From Nitrospiraceae bacterium (GTDB lineage Bacteria; Nitrospirota; Nitrospiria; Nitrospirales; Nitrospiraceae), in contig JBFWWG010000005.1 in the NCBI GenBank assembly GCA_050246315.1, positions 96,001-160,000 on the forward strand: a stretch of DNA of 64,000 nucleotides, read 5' to 3'. Below, piece by piece: positions 8,601 through 17,908 of this stretch (the stretch's first letter is position 1; each line of letters starts with the position of its first letter). The position numbers and the translations under genes are program-made. The notes beneath the pieces are model-generated. The model was given only the letters and a program-made list of their open reading frames with translations, was not told where the DNA came from and ran no database searches.

Positions 8601-10152
8601 TCTGATCCACATGCCTGCCGGCATGCTGTCCGCCCCGGTCGATCGGGAAGAGGCGGTGGAGACGATGGTGCTGGGATGGATGGAGAGCACAGGGCCGACG
8701 ACTGTTGCCGAATTGGCCGGACGACTCGGGTTTCCTGAAGGCGACATCCACCAAGCGCTGTTGCGCCTGGAGACGAGAGGGCAGATTCTGCGCGGCCAAT
8801 TCCGGCCTCACTCGGTGGCCGCTGTTCGTGACTCGGCACTCAGCACCCAGCACTCAGCACTGTCTGGCGCCCATGCGCCCGAGTGGTGTCACCGCCGGCT
8901 GCTCGCCCGCATCCATCGCCTCACGATCGGGTCGTTGCGCCGGGAGATCGAGCCGGTCTCCGCCGCCGAGTTCATGGGTTTTCTCTTCCGTTGGCAGCAC
9001 GTGGCTCCGGGCTCTCGCCTGCATGGCGAGCGGGGCTTGCTAGAGATCATCACGCAATTGGCCGGATTTGAAACGGCTGCTTCCGCCTGGGAATCGGGAC
9101 TGCTTCGGGCGCGCCTATCGAAATATGGTCCCGAACTATTGGATCGCCTCTGCTTCGGCGGCTCGGTGGTATGGGGCCGGCTCTCGCCATATGAGCCGGT
9201 GACCAGGGAGGTTTCGACCGGGCGTGGACGCCGAGTGGTGCCGACCAGCCTGGCGCCGATCAGTTTGTTCCCTCGGGAAGACGCCGACTGGTTGCTGGCG
9301 CAGGGACACCAGAGCGCACAGGCCGGATCGACCGTTTCTCCGACCCCACAGATGTCGTTGAGTGTAATAGCCCAGAATGTACGGCAAGTGCTATCGAACA
9401 GGGGCGCGAGTTTCTTCTCGGAGCTCCTTCAAACCACCGGTCACCTGCCGTCGGAGATCGAGCAGGCCTTGTGGGAGTTGGTGGCGGCCGGCCTGGTCAC
9501 CGCCGACGGATTTGACAGTTTGCGAGCCCTCATGGACCCCAGACGGCGCCGAGGCGAGGGGCGGAGCCGGACTCAACGGCCTCGCCACAGTGCCGGCCGT
9601 TGGTCGTTGCTGCGGCGATCTGGGCCGTCAAACGTCCATATTCCGCCGTCAGTGGCGCCGCACTCCTCATCCGCCGCTGGACCCTCAGCACCCAGCCCTG
9701 AGCCCTCAGCCCTTCCCCTCGAATCGCTCGCGCGGCAACTGTTGGCTCGTTACGGCGTTGTCTTCCGTGATCTGCTCGGGCGGGAATCTGACGCGATCGT
9801 GTGGCGCGATCTGCTGGTCCAGTACCGTCGCATGGAATTGAGGGGCGAGATTCGCGGCGGACGCTTTGTCGGCGGGTTCACGGGCGATCAGTTCGCCTTA
9901 CCGGAGGCGGTGGAGACATTGCGTGCCTTGCGTAAGGGAGGCGGATCAGACTCGGTGGCCTCTCAGGAGCTCCGTCTCTCCGCCTGCGATCCGTTGAATC
10001 TCGTGGGCGTGATTCTTCCTGGACCCAGGATTCCCGCATTGCCGACCAATTTCGTGCTGTTCCGTAACGGCATGCCGGTCGCATCCTCGGTCGAGAAACG
10101 GCATCACCATACAGGGAGGGTGCTCTCGACGGCTATGGCGCGGCCGGGTTAG
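5653..10152 (+). CDS. lhr: Lhr-family (long) SF2 DEAD/DEAH helicase
   Basis: APTGSGKT, SPLKALSNDV, DEIH, SAT, HHGSLS, SLELGID, QRVGRAGH; C-terminal winged-helix region. Confidence 0.95.
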   Translation: MPLSSFHPIISEWFRMRFGAPTDVQELAWPAIRSGSDTLIAAPTGSGKTLAAFLTCIDSLFTQALDRELEDRTQVLYVSPLKALSNDVQKNLQQPLNEIGQAALTQGLLLPELRVLVRTGDTPMAERQRMLRRPPHILITTPESLFILLTAEKSRALLRTVRTVIVDEIHAVAATKRGAHVALSLERLEVLTDMKPVRIGLSATQRPIETVARFLVGDRPCPRIVDVGHRRTMDLAVEVPKDELSAVATNAIWGDIYDRIADLVRAHRSTLVFVNTRRLAERVAHHLEERLQDLGADAVAAHHGSLSRQIRLSAEERLKSGRTRVVVATASLELGIDVGTVDLVCQIGSPRAIATCLQRVGRAGHWVKAIPKGRLFAATRDELIECAALIRAIRSGLLDRIAVPPAPLDILAQQLVAAAATQAWSEDDLYALSRRAYPYRELDRARFDEVLRMLAEGIATSRGRGQAYLHHDRINRRVRGRRGARLAAITSGGAIPDNANYVVVAEPEGTVVGSVDEDFAVESLVGDIMLLGNTSWRIKGIEMGKVRVEDAQGAPPNIPFWRGEAPARTAELSAEVAWVRREIDRLVDPQSGESALRWLKEECGLPERGAQQAVEYVLAGKAVLGTVPTQETVVAERFFDESGGMQLVIHAPFGGRVNKAWGLALRKRFCVTFDFELQAAATDEGLVISLGEKHSFPLETVFSFLQATTVRDVLVQAVLAAPMFTTRWRWNVSRALALLRFAKGKKVPPQIQRMKAEDLLAAVFPDAIACQENLRGDGIGGVERRIPDHPLVEETLRDCLTEAMDVEGLITLLRRLEEGTIRAVAVETPMPSPFSHEILNANPYAYLDDAPLEERRARAVDMRRTLPPELAGQFGALDQAAIAEVAQESWPVVRNADELHDALLTLVWVPQAEAPNWEAYLSELVTAQRACVLNVPQEEAAGDGHPDQITPRISGTPVNLTGWVATEQVPLALALFPSVSLEDLIHMPAGMLSAPVDREEAVETMVLGWMESTGPTTVAELAGRLGFPEGDIHQALLRLETRGQILRGQFRPHSVAAVRDSALSTQHSALSGAHAPEWCHRRLLARIHRLTIGSLRREIEPVSAAEFMGFLFRWQHVAPGSRLHGERGLLEIITQLAGFETAASAWESGLLRARLSKYGPELLDRLCFGGSVVWGRLSPYEPVTREVSTGRGRRVVPTSLAPISLFPREDADWLLAQGHQSAQAGSTVSPTPQMSLSVIAQNVRQVLSNRGASFFSELLQTTGHLPSEIEQALWELVAAGLVTADGFDSLRALMDPRRRRGEGRSRTQRPRHSAGRWSLLRRSGPSNVHIPPSVAPHSSSAAGPSAPSPEPSALPLESLARQLLARYGVVFRDLLGRESDAIVWRDLLVQYRRMELRGEIRGGRFVGGFTGDQFALPEAVETLRALRKGGGSDSVASQELRLSACDPLNLVGVILPGPRIPALPTNFVLFRNGMPVASSVEKRHHHTGRVLSTAMARPG
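8831..8861 (+). repeat. Heptamer tandem repeat (ACTCAGC-type) in frame in lhr
   Basis: actcggc actcagc acccagc actcagc act, encoding DSALSTQHSALS. Confidence 0.85.
9683..9713 (+). repeat. Heptamer tandem repeat (CCTCAGC-type) in frame in lhr
   Basis: cctcagc acccagc cctgagc cctcagc cct. Confidence 0.8.
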
Positions 10153-11000
10153 GAGGACGGAACGGCCAGCACCGGGCACCGGGCTTCATGCACAACCCGT
10201 TCGGTGGTGCTTCCCCTCAGGGCGTCGGTCCAACTGTGGTGTCCTTCCATGGTCATGACGATCAGATCCACGTCGTATTCGGCCCCCATGCCGATGATCC
10301 AATCCACCACGTTGCCCTGGCAGTGGGTTTGGTGCCAGGTCCATCCTTCGCGTTCGTGCAGGCGGAACGCCGGCATTTGATTGCCGCCGACATGCACGAG
10401 CTGCATGTCGAGCGCCATGCTTCCGAGCGCTTCGGCCGTCACGGTAGCCGCGTCAATGGCGCGTTGCGCGCTCTCGGAGCCTTCCACCGGGATCAGGATG
10501 CGTCGTAGTTTGGTTGAGCCGTCCTCGGCCGCGACGCAGCCTTCCACATGTGACGGAACGAAGAGGGTGGGGAGGTGGGCGCCCCGGGCGATCGGCTCGG
10601 CCACCGGTCGATGCAACCAGCGGTCCAATCCCGTCCGCTGTTCGGTCGAAAGCACCAGGAGATCGGCCGGGTGAAATGCCAGGTGGTCGAGAAAGGCCTG
10701 TGCCGGATTATCTCCCACAGCTCTGATTTTCTTGATCTGAATCCCCAGCGACGTGACAGATTCCTTCGAACAGTCGTTCGGGAGCAGACCCCACCGGGTC
10801 AGGATGGGCCGGACCCTCGGAAAATCCTCGAAATGTTCCTGGGCCACGTCCGGATCGACGTGCATGATCGAGAGCCTGGTTTGTAGAACCAAGGCCAGCT
10901 TGAGGGCATGGACGAACGCTGCCTGGCTGGCCTGGGTGAAATCGGTCGGATGGAAAATGTGGCGGTGCAGAAACGGCAGGGCCGTGGCTAATCCTGGCAT
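10149..11000 (-). CDS. Universal stress protein (tandem Usp domains)
   Basis: IFHPTDFT.AS..AF, ILIPVEGS, DLIVM, LRGSTTERVVHEARCPVLAVP. Confidence 0.92.
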   Translation of the reverse strand: MPGLATALPFLHRHIFHPTDFTQASQAAFVHALKLALVLQTRLSIMHVDPDVAQEHFEDFPRVRPILTRWGLLPNDCSKESVTSLGIQIKKIRAVGDNPAQAFLDHLAFHPADLLVLSTEQRTGLDRWLHRPVAEPIARGAHLPTLFVPSHVEGCVAAEDGSTKLRRILIPVEGSESAQRAIDAATVTAEALGSMALDMQLVHVGGNQMPAFRLHEREGWTWHQTHCQGNVVDWIIGMGAEYDVDLIVMTMEGHHSWTDALRGSTTERVVHEARCPVLAVPSS

Positions 11001-11129
11001 GGTGATCCTAAACCGGCAATGACGGCCTATGATGCCTTGGGCTGTCTCAACACGCAAGCCCTCTCAATGGATTGGAAGAGGGCCAGGGCACTGCGGTCAT
11101 CACAGCGCGGGTCTGTGATGAGGGGTACT

Positions 11130-11414
11130 CTACCGCCCGGAGCGTTTGACGCGCTGGGGTGGTTCATTCGAGGTGGGGATATAGATAAGCCTGGCCGGGA
11201 AGCCGTTGGGACTGGTCAGAAGCAGGTACACAAGGGAGTCCGCCTCTTCCCGGCGTACCGTATTTTGGGCCCCGACCCAGCGGCGGAACACATGATCTTG
11301 CATGTCCGGGCAGGTGCGAGGGCCTTCTTGGAGGGCCAGCTCTCCAATATCGATTTGGTTCGGGACGGTGGTCGGCCGTGATTCCGAGTCGGGTTGTCGC
11401 TCGTCGTCCACCAT
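11130..11414 (-). CDS. Hypothetical protein
   Basis: 94-aa ORF with GGAGG upstream of ATG; no recognised motif. Confidence 0.35.
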   Translation of the reverse strand: MVDDERQPDSESRPTTVPNQIDIGELALQEGPRTCPDMQDHVFRRWVGAQNTVRREEADSLVYLLLTSPNGFPARLIYIPTSNEPPQRVKRSGR

Positions 11415-11631
11415 GGGGCTCCCTCCCGCGGTCCTGATGGTCTGGCTTGTCGCTGTTCTCCATTGGTATACCGCAAGTCTGAGAATCCGTCTCTTTTAAA
11501 TTGGAATGTCTGTGCGAGAGATCGCTCGGCGACTGGGAGGGGGCAGCCCTGAAGGGGTCATGCTCTGCTCTGGGGGTGTGACGACAGCCCCCGGCGGACC
11601 TCGACAACCTCGGAACAACCAATGCTCCACG

Positions 11632-12865
11632 CTAATTCTTCCAGAGCCGTTCATACCAAGGCCGGTTCTGGTCAGGGGCTCCTCCCTCCAGCTTCATCTC
11701 AAGCCGGATCGACCCAAGGTCCCACCCGGTGAGGGACGCCAAGGTCTGGGCTTCGCGCTCGTATCGCTGCCGCAATCGATCACGGTACTCCCTGGCTGCC
11801 GGGCAGTCGTCGGAGCCCTGCCAGGCATGGCGCAGGATATACCGAGCCTGGAAATTCGACCGGTCGGCCATTTCCTGAAACGACAGGTCCTCGGGAACAT
11901 GCGCGGCGTCGTACCGGAGGTGCAGCCTGGTCACGTAGGCATTCTGTCCCTGCCTGATGGACTGTGGCCGGTGGTCCTCCAGCCAGAAGACTCCTAGCTC
12001 ACGAAGTTCTTCGGGCGAGAGCGGGTTGCTGGCGCAAGGATCGCACCAGGCCATATCCCAGGCATACTCCAGAAAGACTCCCTGCTGTCGTTCCCGTTTG
12101 ACCTGTTGGGAGAAGAGGTCTCGGTAGAAATCGCCGCACTTGTCCTTTACGTAAACCGGAATGTACTGTGCTTCCGGAAGCTTGACGGTGCGGTAGTTGG
12201 TGGCTTCAACGCGCCCACGCCGCGTGATGGCGTAGAGGAACAGCTCCTGAGGCCCGTCGACGTTGACCGTCCCCAGCCGAATCGGCAGCATGAACTTCGG
12301 AGATTCAAAGGCAATCTGGAGCGGCCGCAACGAGGCATGGCCGAGCTTGCTGTGTTCGGCGAGGTTTACTTTGGCGACGAAGAACTTCAAATTCTGTTTC
12401 AGATAACTCTGGAGTACGGCCGAAGCGCCGTTCGGGATGCGGTAGCCGTTCTCCTTGAGACAGGTTTCCAAGCCGGCGCCATGTTCTTCATGGCGTCCAG
12501 GCTCCGGCATTCCATCAGTTCGTACTGCCGGCAGGGATTCGGATCGTAGTATTCAACCAGACGAGGCGCCGTATAGGCGGCCAGATGCTTCAGGAGCGCC
12601 GGATTACCCACGTGGATCTGTTCCCGAGTCAGCATCGCCGGGACCGGGATGAGCATGGCGAATTCTTTGGCGGGACCGCGAAAGTCGTTGGCCATCGTGA
12701 TCACGGTCTTGTCGTTGTGTCGCACCATCACGACCTCGGAGGCCTTGTTGAACAACTTGGTGTCGGCCTTCGCCACACAAAAAAGCCGCAGAAGGCGAAG
12801 GCGGAGCCGCTCCAGAGCATCAGGCCGGTGATACAGATCGAGGCGACCACCAGTGTGTGAGCCAT
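11632..12865 (-). pseudogene. DUF2330 family protein, frameshifted and internally deleted
   Basis: Signal peptide + AFCGFFV in one frame, AKADTKLFNKASEVV..APRLVEYYDPNPC in a second (12399-12995 ORF), GLETCLKENGYRIP..FFVAKVNL..LRPLQ..FMLPIRLG..FLEYAWDM..TRLH in a third (11632-12510). Confidence 0.8.
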
Positions 12866-12869
12866 CACA

Positions 12870-13744
12870 ACCTCCCTTGCTGGTGAATGGGCCGGAACCC
12901 CTAGTGATGTGGAGACATGACCGGTCGAAGGACGAGACCAATCGTACCGGGCGCCGGGAAAGAATCGATCGACCAATGGGACGAGGGGAGAACAAGCGAT
13001 CAAGGCCCAGAGTGGACCGTTGGGACGAGACAGGCCGAACTGTACGTAGAGGGCGGCGAGCGCGACCAAGAGGGCGAAGGCCAGGCGACCGGTTCGGGAA
13101 TCCGGCGTGGTCTTAGGGTCGGAGATCATGAAGAAGGCGAAGATCAGTAGCGCGCCGGTTTCGAGCTGATGCAACGGGATCGACAGCGGATCGCCCAGCC
13201 AGAGCGTGCGCGCGAAGAGTAGCCCGATATAGCAAGCCAAAAAACCGAGCGTCACGTCGGTGCGCCGCCCGGGTCACGACCAACCCGCCAAGGCAGACGA
13301 TCAGGAAGCCGAACCAGGCGACGTGCCCCCATTGGTCCGGCGAGATCCAGCGGAGCCCGCCTGCGAGCATCATCACCAGCGCCAGGTTCGTCGAATTGAA
13401 CAAATGTTTGCCGTTCCACCGGATGATGAACTTGCTGGCGATTGTCATGAACGAGGCCAACGCCGCGGTGGCCGGATCGTTCGTGCGGAGCAGCAGGCAG
13501 AGGGAGAGAGTCGAGTCAAGGGACTGCGGGGATCGAAGGCCGGTAGAGTAAAAAGTTTCGTCCCGGCATATTGGGTCAGGAGCGCGGTTCCGAGCGTGAC
13601 CACGATTTCGAGAGGAAGGAGTTCAAAATCCAGCCAGAATAGGCCGTAGATCAGCAGGGTGCCGAGGCTGGCGATTTGGTAGAGGCGGGGATCGAAGGAG
13701 GAGAACCGGGCGTTGACACGTTCGCTCAGACGATCTGGATTCAT
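12870..13744 (-). pseudogene. RnfD/NqrB-like membrane protein, frameshifted twice
   Basis: DPRLYQIA (13445-13744 ORF), SKFIIRWNGKHLFNSTN (13113-13460), FAFFMISDPKTTP (12728-13255); the last piece reads straight into the DUF2330 start. Confidence 0.8.
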
Positions 13745-14049
13745 CGGCCACCTCGCGAGGGTTCCTGCCGCGCACTTGGCGGAGGCGCGCGATCTCTACC
13801 CACGGTATGGCGCGATGGGGAAAATCCTTTCAGGGAAAAGGAAGGACACCCCTGCTAGTCCTATGCTCCCGGAGGCCGCGGGGGAGGATGTGAGAGGCGG
13901 TGGGTATGGTCTCGGTGCTCGCAGAGGGCGCATGAGGAGGGGGTGGAAGGGTGGCCTGTTGATCTCCTGTGCTCGCGCAACGCGCACGCAAGACTATTGA
14001 GATTGTCATATTGCGGGAGGGCGAGGATGAGGTCATAGGTGGCGCCGTC

Positions 14050-14183
14050 TGGTACCCCGACCTGTTCTCAAACGTGATCGTGCTGTGCAGCACGGCCTAG
14101 CCGTCGGGTGCAAGGTCCAAGGTTCAAAGCATGAGCGCGAGACTGACGGCCCAATACCGCTTCTGAACCGGCGCATGTTTCAT
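14050..14183 (-). pseudogene. Remnant of an exported protein with two in-frame stops
   Basis: MKHAPVQKRYWAVSLALML*TLDLAPDG*AVLHSTITFENRSG; RBS aagga upstream. Confidence 0.4.
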
Positions 14184-14214
14184 GATTCGTCTCTTCCTTT
14201 GCGTGATCGAGCTG

Positions 14215-14646
14215 TCACTCTTGCGGCAATTTCTCTGCGAAGCGCCGAATGTGATCCAAGTAGACAGGGATCTGGCGGACTGCGACAGGCAAGGCCTCGT
14301 ATACTCGATCGGGATCGATGTCGTCGTACTCATGCACGATTCGGTTGCGGAGCCCGGCGGCCATCGCCATCTCTTTGGCCAAATCGACCGGCATGACACC
14401 GAGGGTGCCAAGCAATATGAAGGATTCGTGATAGTCCCTGGGCGGCGCATGGCTGGACTCAATGATAAGGTGGAAGTTCACGTCGATCATGCGGCCGATG
14501 GTTCGTTCCAGATACCGCTCGGCCAAGGTCTCGTGCACCGGATCGGCGAGATACTGTTCCTGTGAGAGCCGAGCCAGTTCGGTGAGCTTCGGCAGATCCT
14601 GCAAGATCAGGGTCATTTTCCTGGTCACCAAGGCGTGATCAATCAT
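14215..14646 (-). CDS. HEPN (DUF86/HepT-like) RNase toxin
   Basis: RNRIVHEY (RX4HXY motif); 4-nt overlap with upstream MNT gene. Confidence 0.92.
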   Translation of the reverse strand: MIDHALVTRKMTLILQDLPKLTELARLSQEQYLADPVHETLAERYLERTIGRMIDVNFHLIIESSHAPPRDYHESFILLGTLGVMPVDLAKEMAMAAGLRNRIVHEYDDIDPDRVYEALPVAVRQIPVYLDHIRRFAEKLPQE

Positions 14647-15074
14647 GGGCGTGAGGGCGCTGCCGCCAGTGCCGCCAGTCGCCGGGCGACGTACTGGCGT
14701 TCCAAATCCAAGTAGGGCCTAAAATCTTGATAGGCCTTGAACGCGTAGAGACGCAGGCGGGCGAGGTCTTCAGGAGTGCCGAACAGCAGGCGGCAGGATT
14801 CGACGATTTTTTTCAGAAAGAGCGGATCGGCCCGATTCAGGATCGCCAGGTCCACGTCGTGTCCTGAGAACAACGTCTGCAACGCGTCCTGAATTTCCAA
14901 GACGGTCTGTAACGACACGTCCGGGGTGTCGAGCTGAATCGCCAGATCCAGGTCGCTGCGGTCGTGGATCGTTCCTGTGACCGTTGATCCGAACTGGAGA
15001 ATCAACCGGATCCCGAAGCGTTGAGCGATCGTTCGCAGCCCCGGCACGGTGTCTAGGATAGCTAGTCGATCCAT
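14643..15074 (-). CDS. Minimal nucleotidyltransferase antitoxin (MntA-like), type VII TA
   Basis: FGSTVTG..HDRSDLDLAI (GSX10DXD); VDLAILN. Confidence 0.92.
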   Translation of the reverse strand: MDRLAILDTVPGLRTIAQRFGIRLILQFGSTVTGTIHDRSDLDLAIQLDTPDVSLQTVLEIQDALQTLFSGHDVDLAILNRADPLFLKKIVESCRLLFGTPEDLARLRLYAFKAYQDFRPYLDLERQYVARRLAALAAAPSRP

Positions 15075-15105
15075 GTATTCACTCAGGGGTTCAGAATAGC
15101 AGGCG

Positions 15106-15293
15106 TAGGAGCCTGTCCGAGTAATGCCATTCTACTGCGGCGAACGATCTGCAGATATCTGCGTCGTTCTCAGCCCGAAATAATCCTCAACGTATTTCAG
15201 CGAATACGCCTCCGGTTTTTTCGAGCCTGCGGCCTTGCATCTGCCTACCCCTCCTTCGCCTCGTCACGAAGGATTACTCGAACAGGCTCCTAG
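15106..15293. mobile_element. MITE-like element, family A, compact copy
   Basis: 20-bp TIR taggagcctgtccgagtaat / attactcgaacaggctccta (19/20). Confidence 0.85.
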
Positions 15294-15606
15294 CCTAACT
15301 GAGACCACCATCCCTTGTAAAATCACCGATGATTGTTCGTTCCCCTCGGTTCGTCTGGATCACACGATCTGCCGCATCAGCCGGCCTCACCAACATAGCC
15401 GCACACGCCGCGGAGGGTGTCACGTCGTTGTCGCACAGAAAGGTCTCGGTCGCGCAGCGACTCGTGAGCCCTGTGGCAATATGGTATATAAGCCTGACCC
15501 CAGATCACTATTGGTGCGATGAACCCGTTCACCTTGTCTGTTTGCCTCGCATATCAGAAAGAGCCTGCAGGTATGTACTCCGGGATGCGAAGACCGAAAT
15601 CGAGCG

Positions 15607-15945
15607 TTGAAAATGTTTGAACTGAAGACCGTCATACTGTTTGTCGTCACCGCCGTCGCCGAGATTGTCGGCTGTTACTTGCCTTACCTGTGGCTGAAGA
15701 AAGAAGGCTCGATTTGGCTGCTGGGGCCGGCTGCGGTGAGTCTCGCGCTCTTCGCCTGGTTGCTGACCCTCCATCCTACCGCTGCCGGGCGAGTCTATGC
15801 GGCCTACGGCGGTGTGTATGTCTCGGTGGCGATTCTTTGGCTCTGGGCTGTCGATGGTATCCGTCCGTCGGCGTGGGATTGGTTGGGAGTCCTGGTCTGC
15901 CTTTCCGGCATGGCCATCATTATGTTCGCGCCACGCTCCGTCTAG
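15607..15945 (+). CDS. ynfA: YnfA (UPF0060) small membrane protein
   Basis: [22 protein letters not shown] motif. Confidence 0.93.
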   Translation: MKMFELKTVILFVVTAVAEIVGCYLPYLWLKKEGSIWLLGPAAVSLALFAWLLTLHPTAAGRVYAAYGGVYVSVAILWLWAVDGIRPSAWDWLGVLVCLSGMAIIMFAPRSV

Positions 15946-16008
15946 CAGGATGTTGAAGGAGTCCTCAATGGGTGCAACGTCACGAACCGTCATGAATGAT
16001 GGGGGCCG
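15943..16008. repeat. Chimeric MITE remnant (family C-type left end joined to family B right end)
   Basis: tagcaggatgttgaaggagtcc followed by gggtgcaacgtcacgaaccgtcatgaatgatggg. Confidence 0.6.
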
Positions 16009-16042
16009 AACCAGAGGCTTGAGATCCGGGGAAAGATTTGGA

Positions 16043-17397
16043 CTATCGGCCGATCTGAATTGACACAACGATTTGAGCGGAGGCTGATCGATCTTGGCTG
16101 ACAACGTAGACGGCCTGCTCTTCTCGATCGGTAGGTCCGGCAGCGGAGACTGATTCGGTGAGGAGAGGGGGAGAGGGGTACCCCGGTGATATAGCCTCCT
16201 GCTCCCTGCCTGCCTCGAACGGTTCTCGGGACAATCGAACGGTGGGGATGATCCGGCGTTCACCATCGCCTGGTGGGAGCGGAATGTCGATTCGATTGCC
16301 GCCGATCAATCGGAAGAACGGTCGTGCGGTTTCTCCTGCAGGAAAGAAGAGCTGCGGCACCAGTGAACCGGTCGGCCTCAGAATCTGGAGGTCTCCGTCC
16401 TGATTGCATTCCACAGTCAGCCGGGCTTGCCCGCCGCTGTGTGCCGCCGTCACTGCATCCACCTCGTGGTCCTGCCCGTCACGTCCTTTCACGAGGAAAC
16501 CGTAACGCAATCCAAGCGGCTGAAACTGTCTGGCCTCCGGCCGATCCGTCAAGCCGGTGTCTGAAGACGGTTTCATCACGGCTTCGGGCCGGGCCCCTGC
16601 AGGGGTATCATCTGCTGATCTCAACCTCCGTTCTTTGGCCAAGGCCTGTCGTTCCCGACGGCTCGGCGCATCGGCATAGAAGAGGGCACGGGCATCTCTG
16701 CGGTCCGCTCGAATCTCAGATTGCGGAGCTGCGGCGGATGGCATCATCGGCTTTGGCTTCGCGACTCCGGGTGTCGGTGCGGGAGTGGATCGACGCATCT
16801 CCTCTTTCATGGCGGTCGGTGATTGCGGTTCTCTTGTGACTTTCTGCGATGTCGGTGGCTCTTGCGGGTCCTTCGCGGTGGTTGTCTTGTCGCTTAGCGC
16901 CTCATTCTTCGCCATGCCGATCTTCGGATGAGCCTTCTCCTTGTTCTTCTGCTCCTCCTCAGTGATGGAGGGCAGGGGTGGAGGCGATGCGGGAGTTGAT
17001 CGAGGTGCCGGCCCTGGTGCTTCGGCTGGAACCATTTGATCGATCTCACGCAAATTGCTCTCCTCCCGCAGACTGTCTTGATAGATCTTGGTGCCCAAGA
17101 CCACGGCGAGTGCAGCCGTGACGATTCCCCCGCCCAGGCCAGCCTCGCTGGCCTCAGTAACCATCCCAACCAGGACGATCCGCCTCCAGAGGCGGCGTGC
17201 CTCTCCTTGAGCACTTGCAGCAACCTGCGGCGCACAGCCGGATCCGTCAGCAGCTCTTTCAACGCCTGCTCATCGGCCAGCGCATTGAACAATTGCTGGT
17301 CACGCAGTGCGGCCGTGAAGAGCGCCTGCCGCTCCTCCGCCGTGAGCGTGTCAGTGGCGAACCCACCGAGCAGTTTTCCCAGATCCGATTCAGCCAT
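16043..17397 (-). pseudogene. Putative anti-sigma-like membrane protein split by a 1-nt frameshift
   Basis: MAESDLGKLLGGFATDTLT..LFNALADEQALKELL..RLAWAG continues as GIVTAALAVVLG (TM) in the 16043-17164 frame if one G is added at the C-run 17127-17131; directly downstream of a sigma factor. Confidence 0.7.
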
Positions 17398-17437
17398 ATC
17401 GACTAGCGAACACGAATCACTTCGCACTCAGCACCTC

Positions 17438-17866
17438 TTACTCCCACCTGCCTCCCATCAACCGTTGGATCTGTGGAAAAGTCTTGCCCTCCAACTGCCA
17501 CCTGAACAGCTCGCGGCAGCGCTCGCCCAGTTGGGCCATCGCCTTGAGGAGACGATCCACCGTCTGCTTCCGTTCGAGCTCACGGGCTGGATCGGCGGCC
17601 ATGTCGGCAAGCGGGAAGTCGTCAATCGATGCTTGATGATACTCTCCGCGCCGGAGTGCCTTCCGATGCGCGTCAGCCATCTTGTATCGCAGAATCTGGA
17701 ACGCAAGGGGCACCAGCTCTGTCACCTCCACAACCTGGGGATACTTGTCATGCAGCACAACCAACACCTCTTGCGCGAGATCCTCCGCCAGATCCCTCGA
17801 TACTCGTGATGTCGAAAAAGCGACGATCCGTTCACGCGGGGTGATCAGGATCTGGTCACGGTCCAT
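17438..17866 (-). CDS. ECF-type sigma-70 factor, region 4 apparently shortened
   Basis: AEDLAQEV (region 2), AMAQLGERCRELF..EGKTFPQI (start of region 4), then ends at LMGGRWE. Confidence 0.8.
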   Translation of the reverse strand: MDRDQILITPRERIVAFSTSRVSRDLAEDLAQEVLVVLHDKYPQVVEVTELVPLAFQILRYKMADAHRKALRRGEYHQASIDDFPLADMAADPARELERKQTVDRLLKAMAQLGERCRELFRWQLEGKTFPQIQRLMGGRWE

Positions 17867-17908
17867 CGGGCCACAAGTCGAAACGGCTCAGTCGGTCTGC
17901 CTGGGCCG

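Noticed and set aside
13757..13990. Structured RNA or gene in the G-rich spacer upstream of the RnfD-like pseudogene
   Set aside because: No recognisable motif, convincing ORF or terminal repeats.
14094..14126. Recoding (Sec/Pyl) of the in-frame TGA and TAG
   Set aside because: Both are one transition from TGG, no SECIS-like hairpin was seen and the frame degenerates afterwards; decay is simpler.
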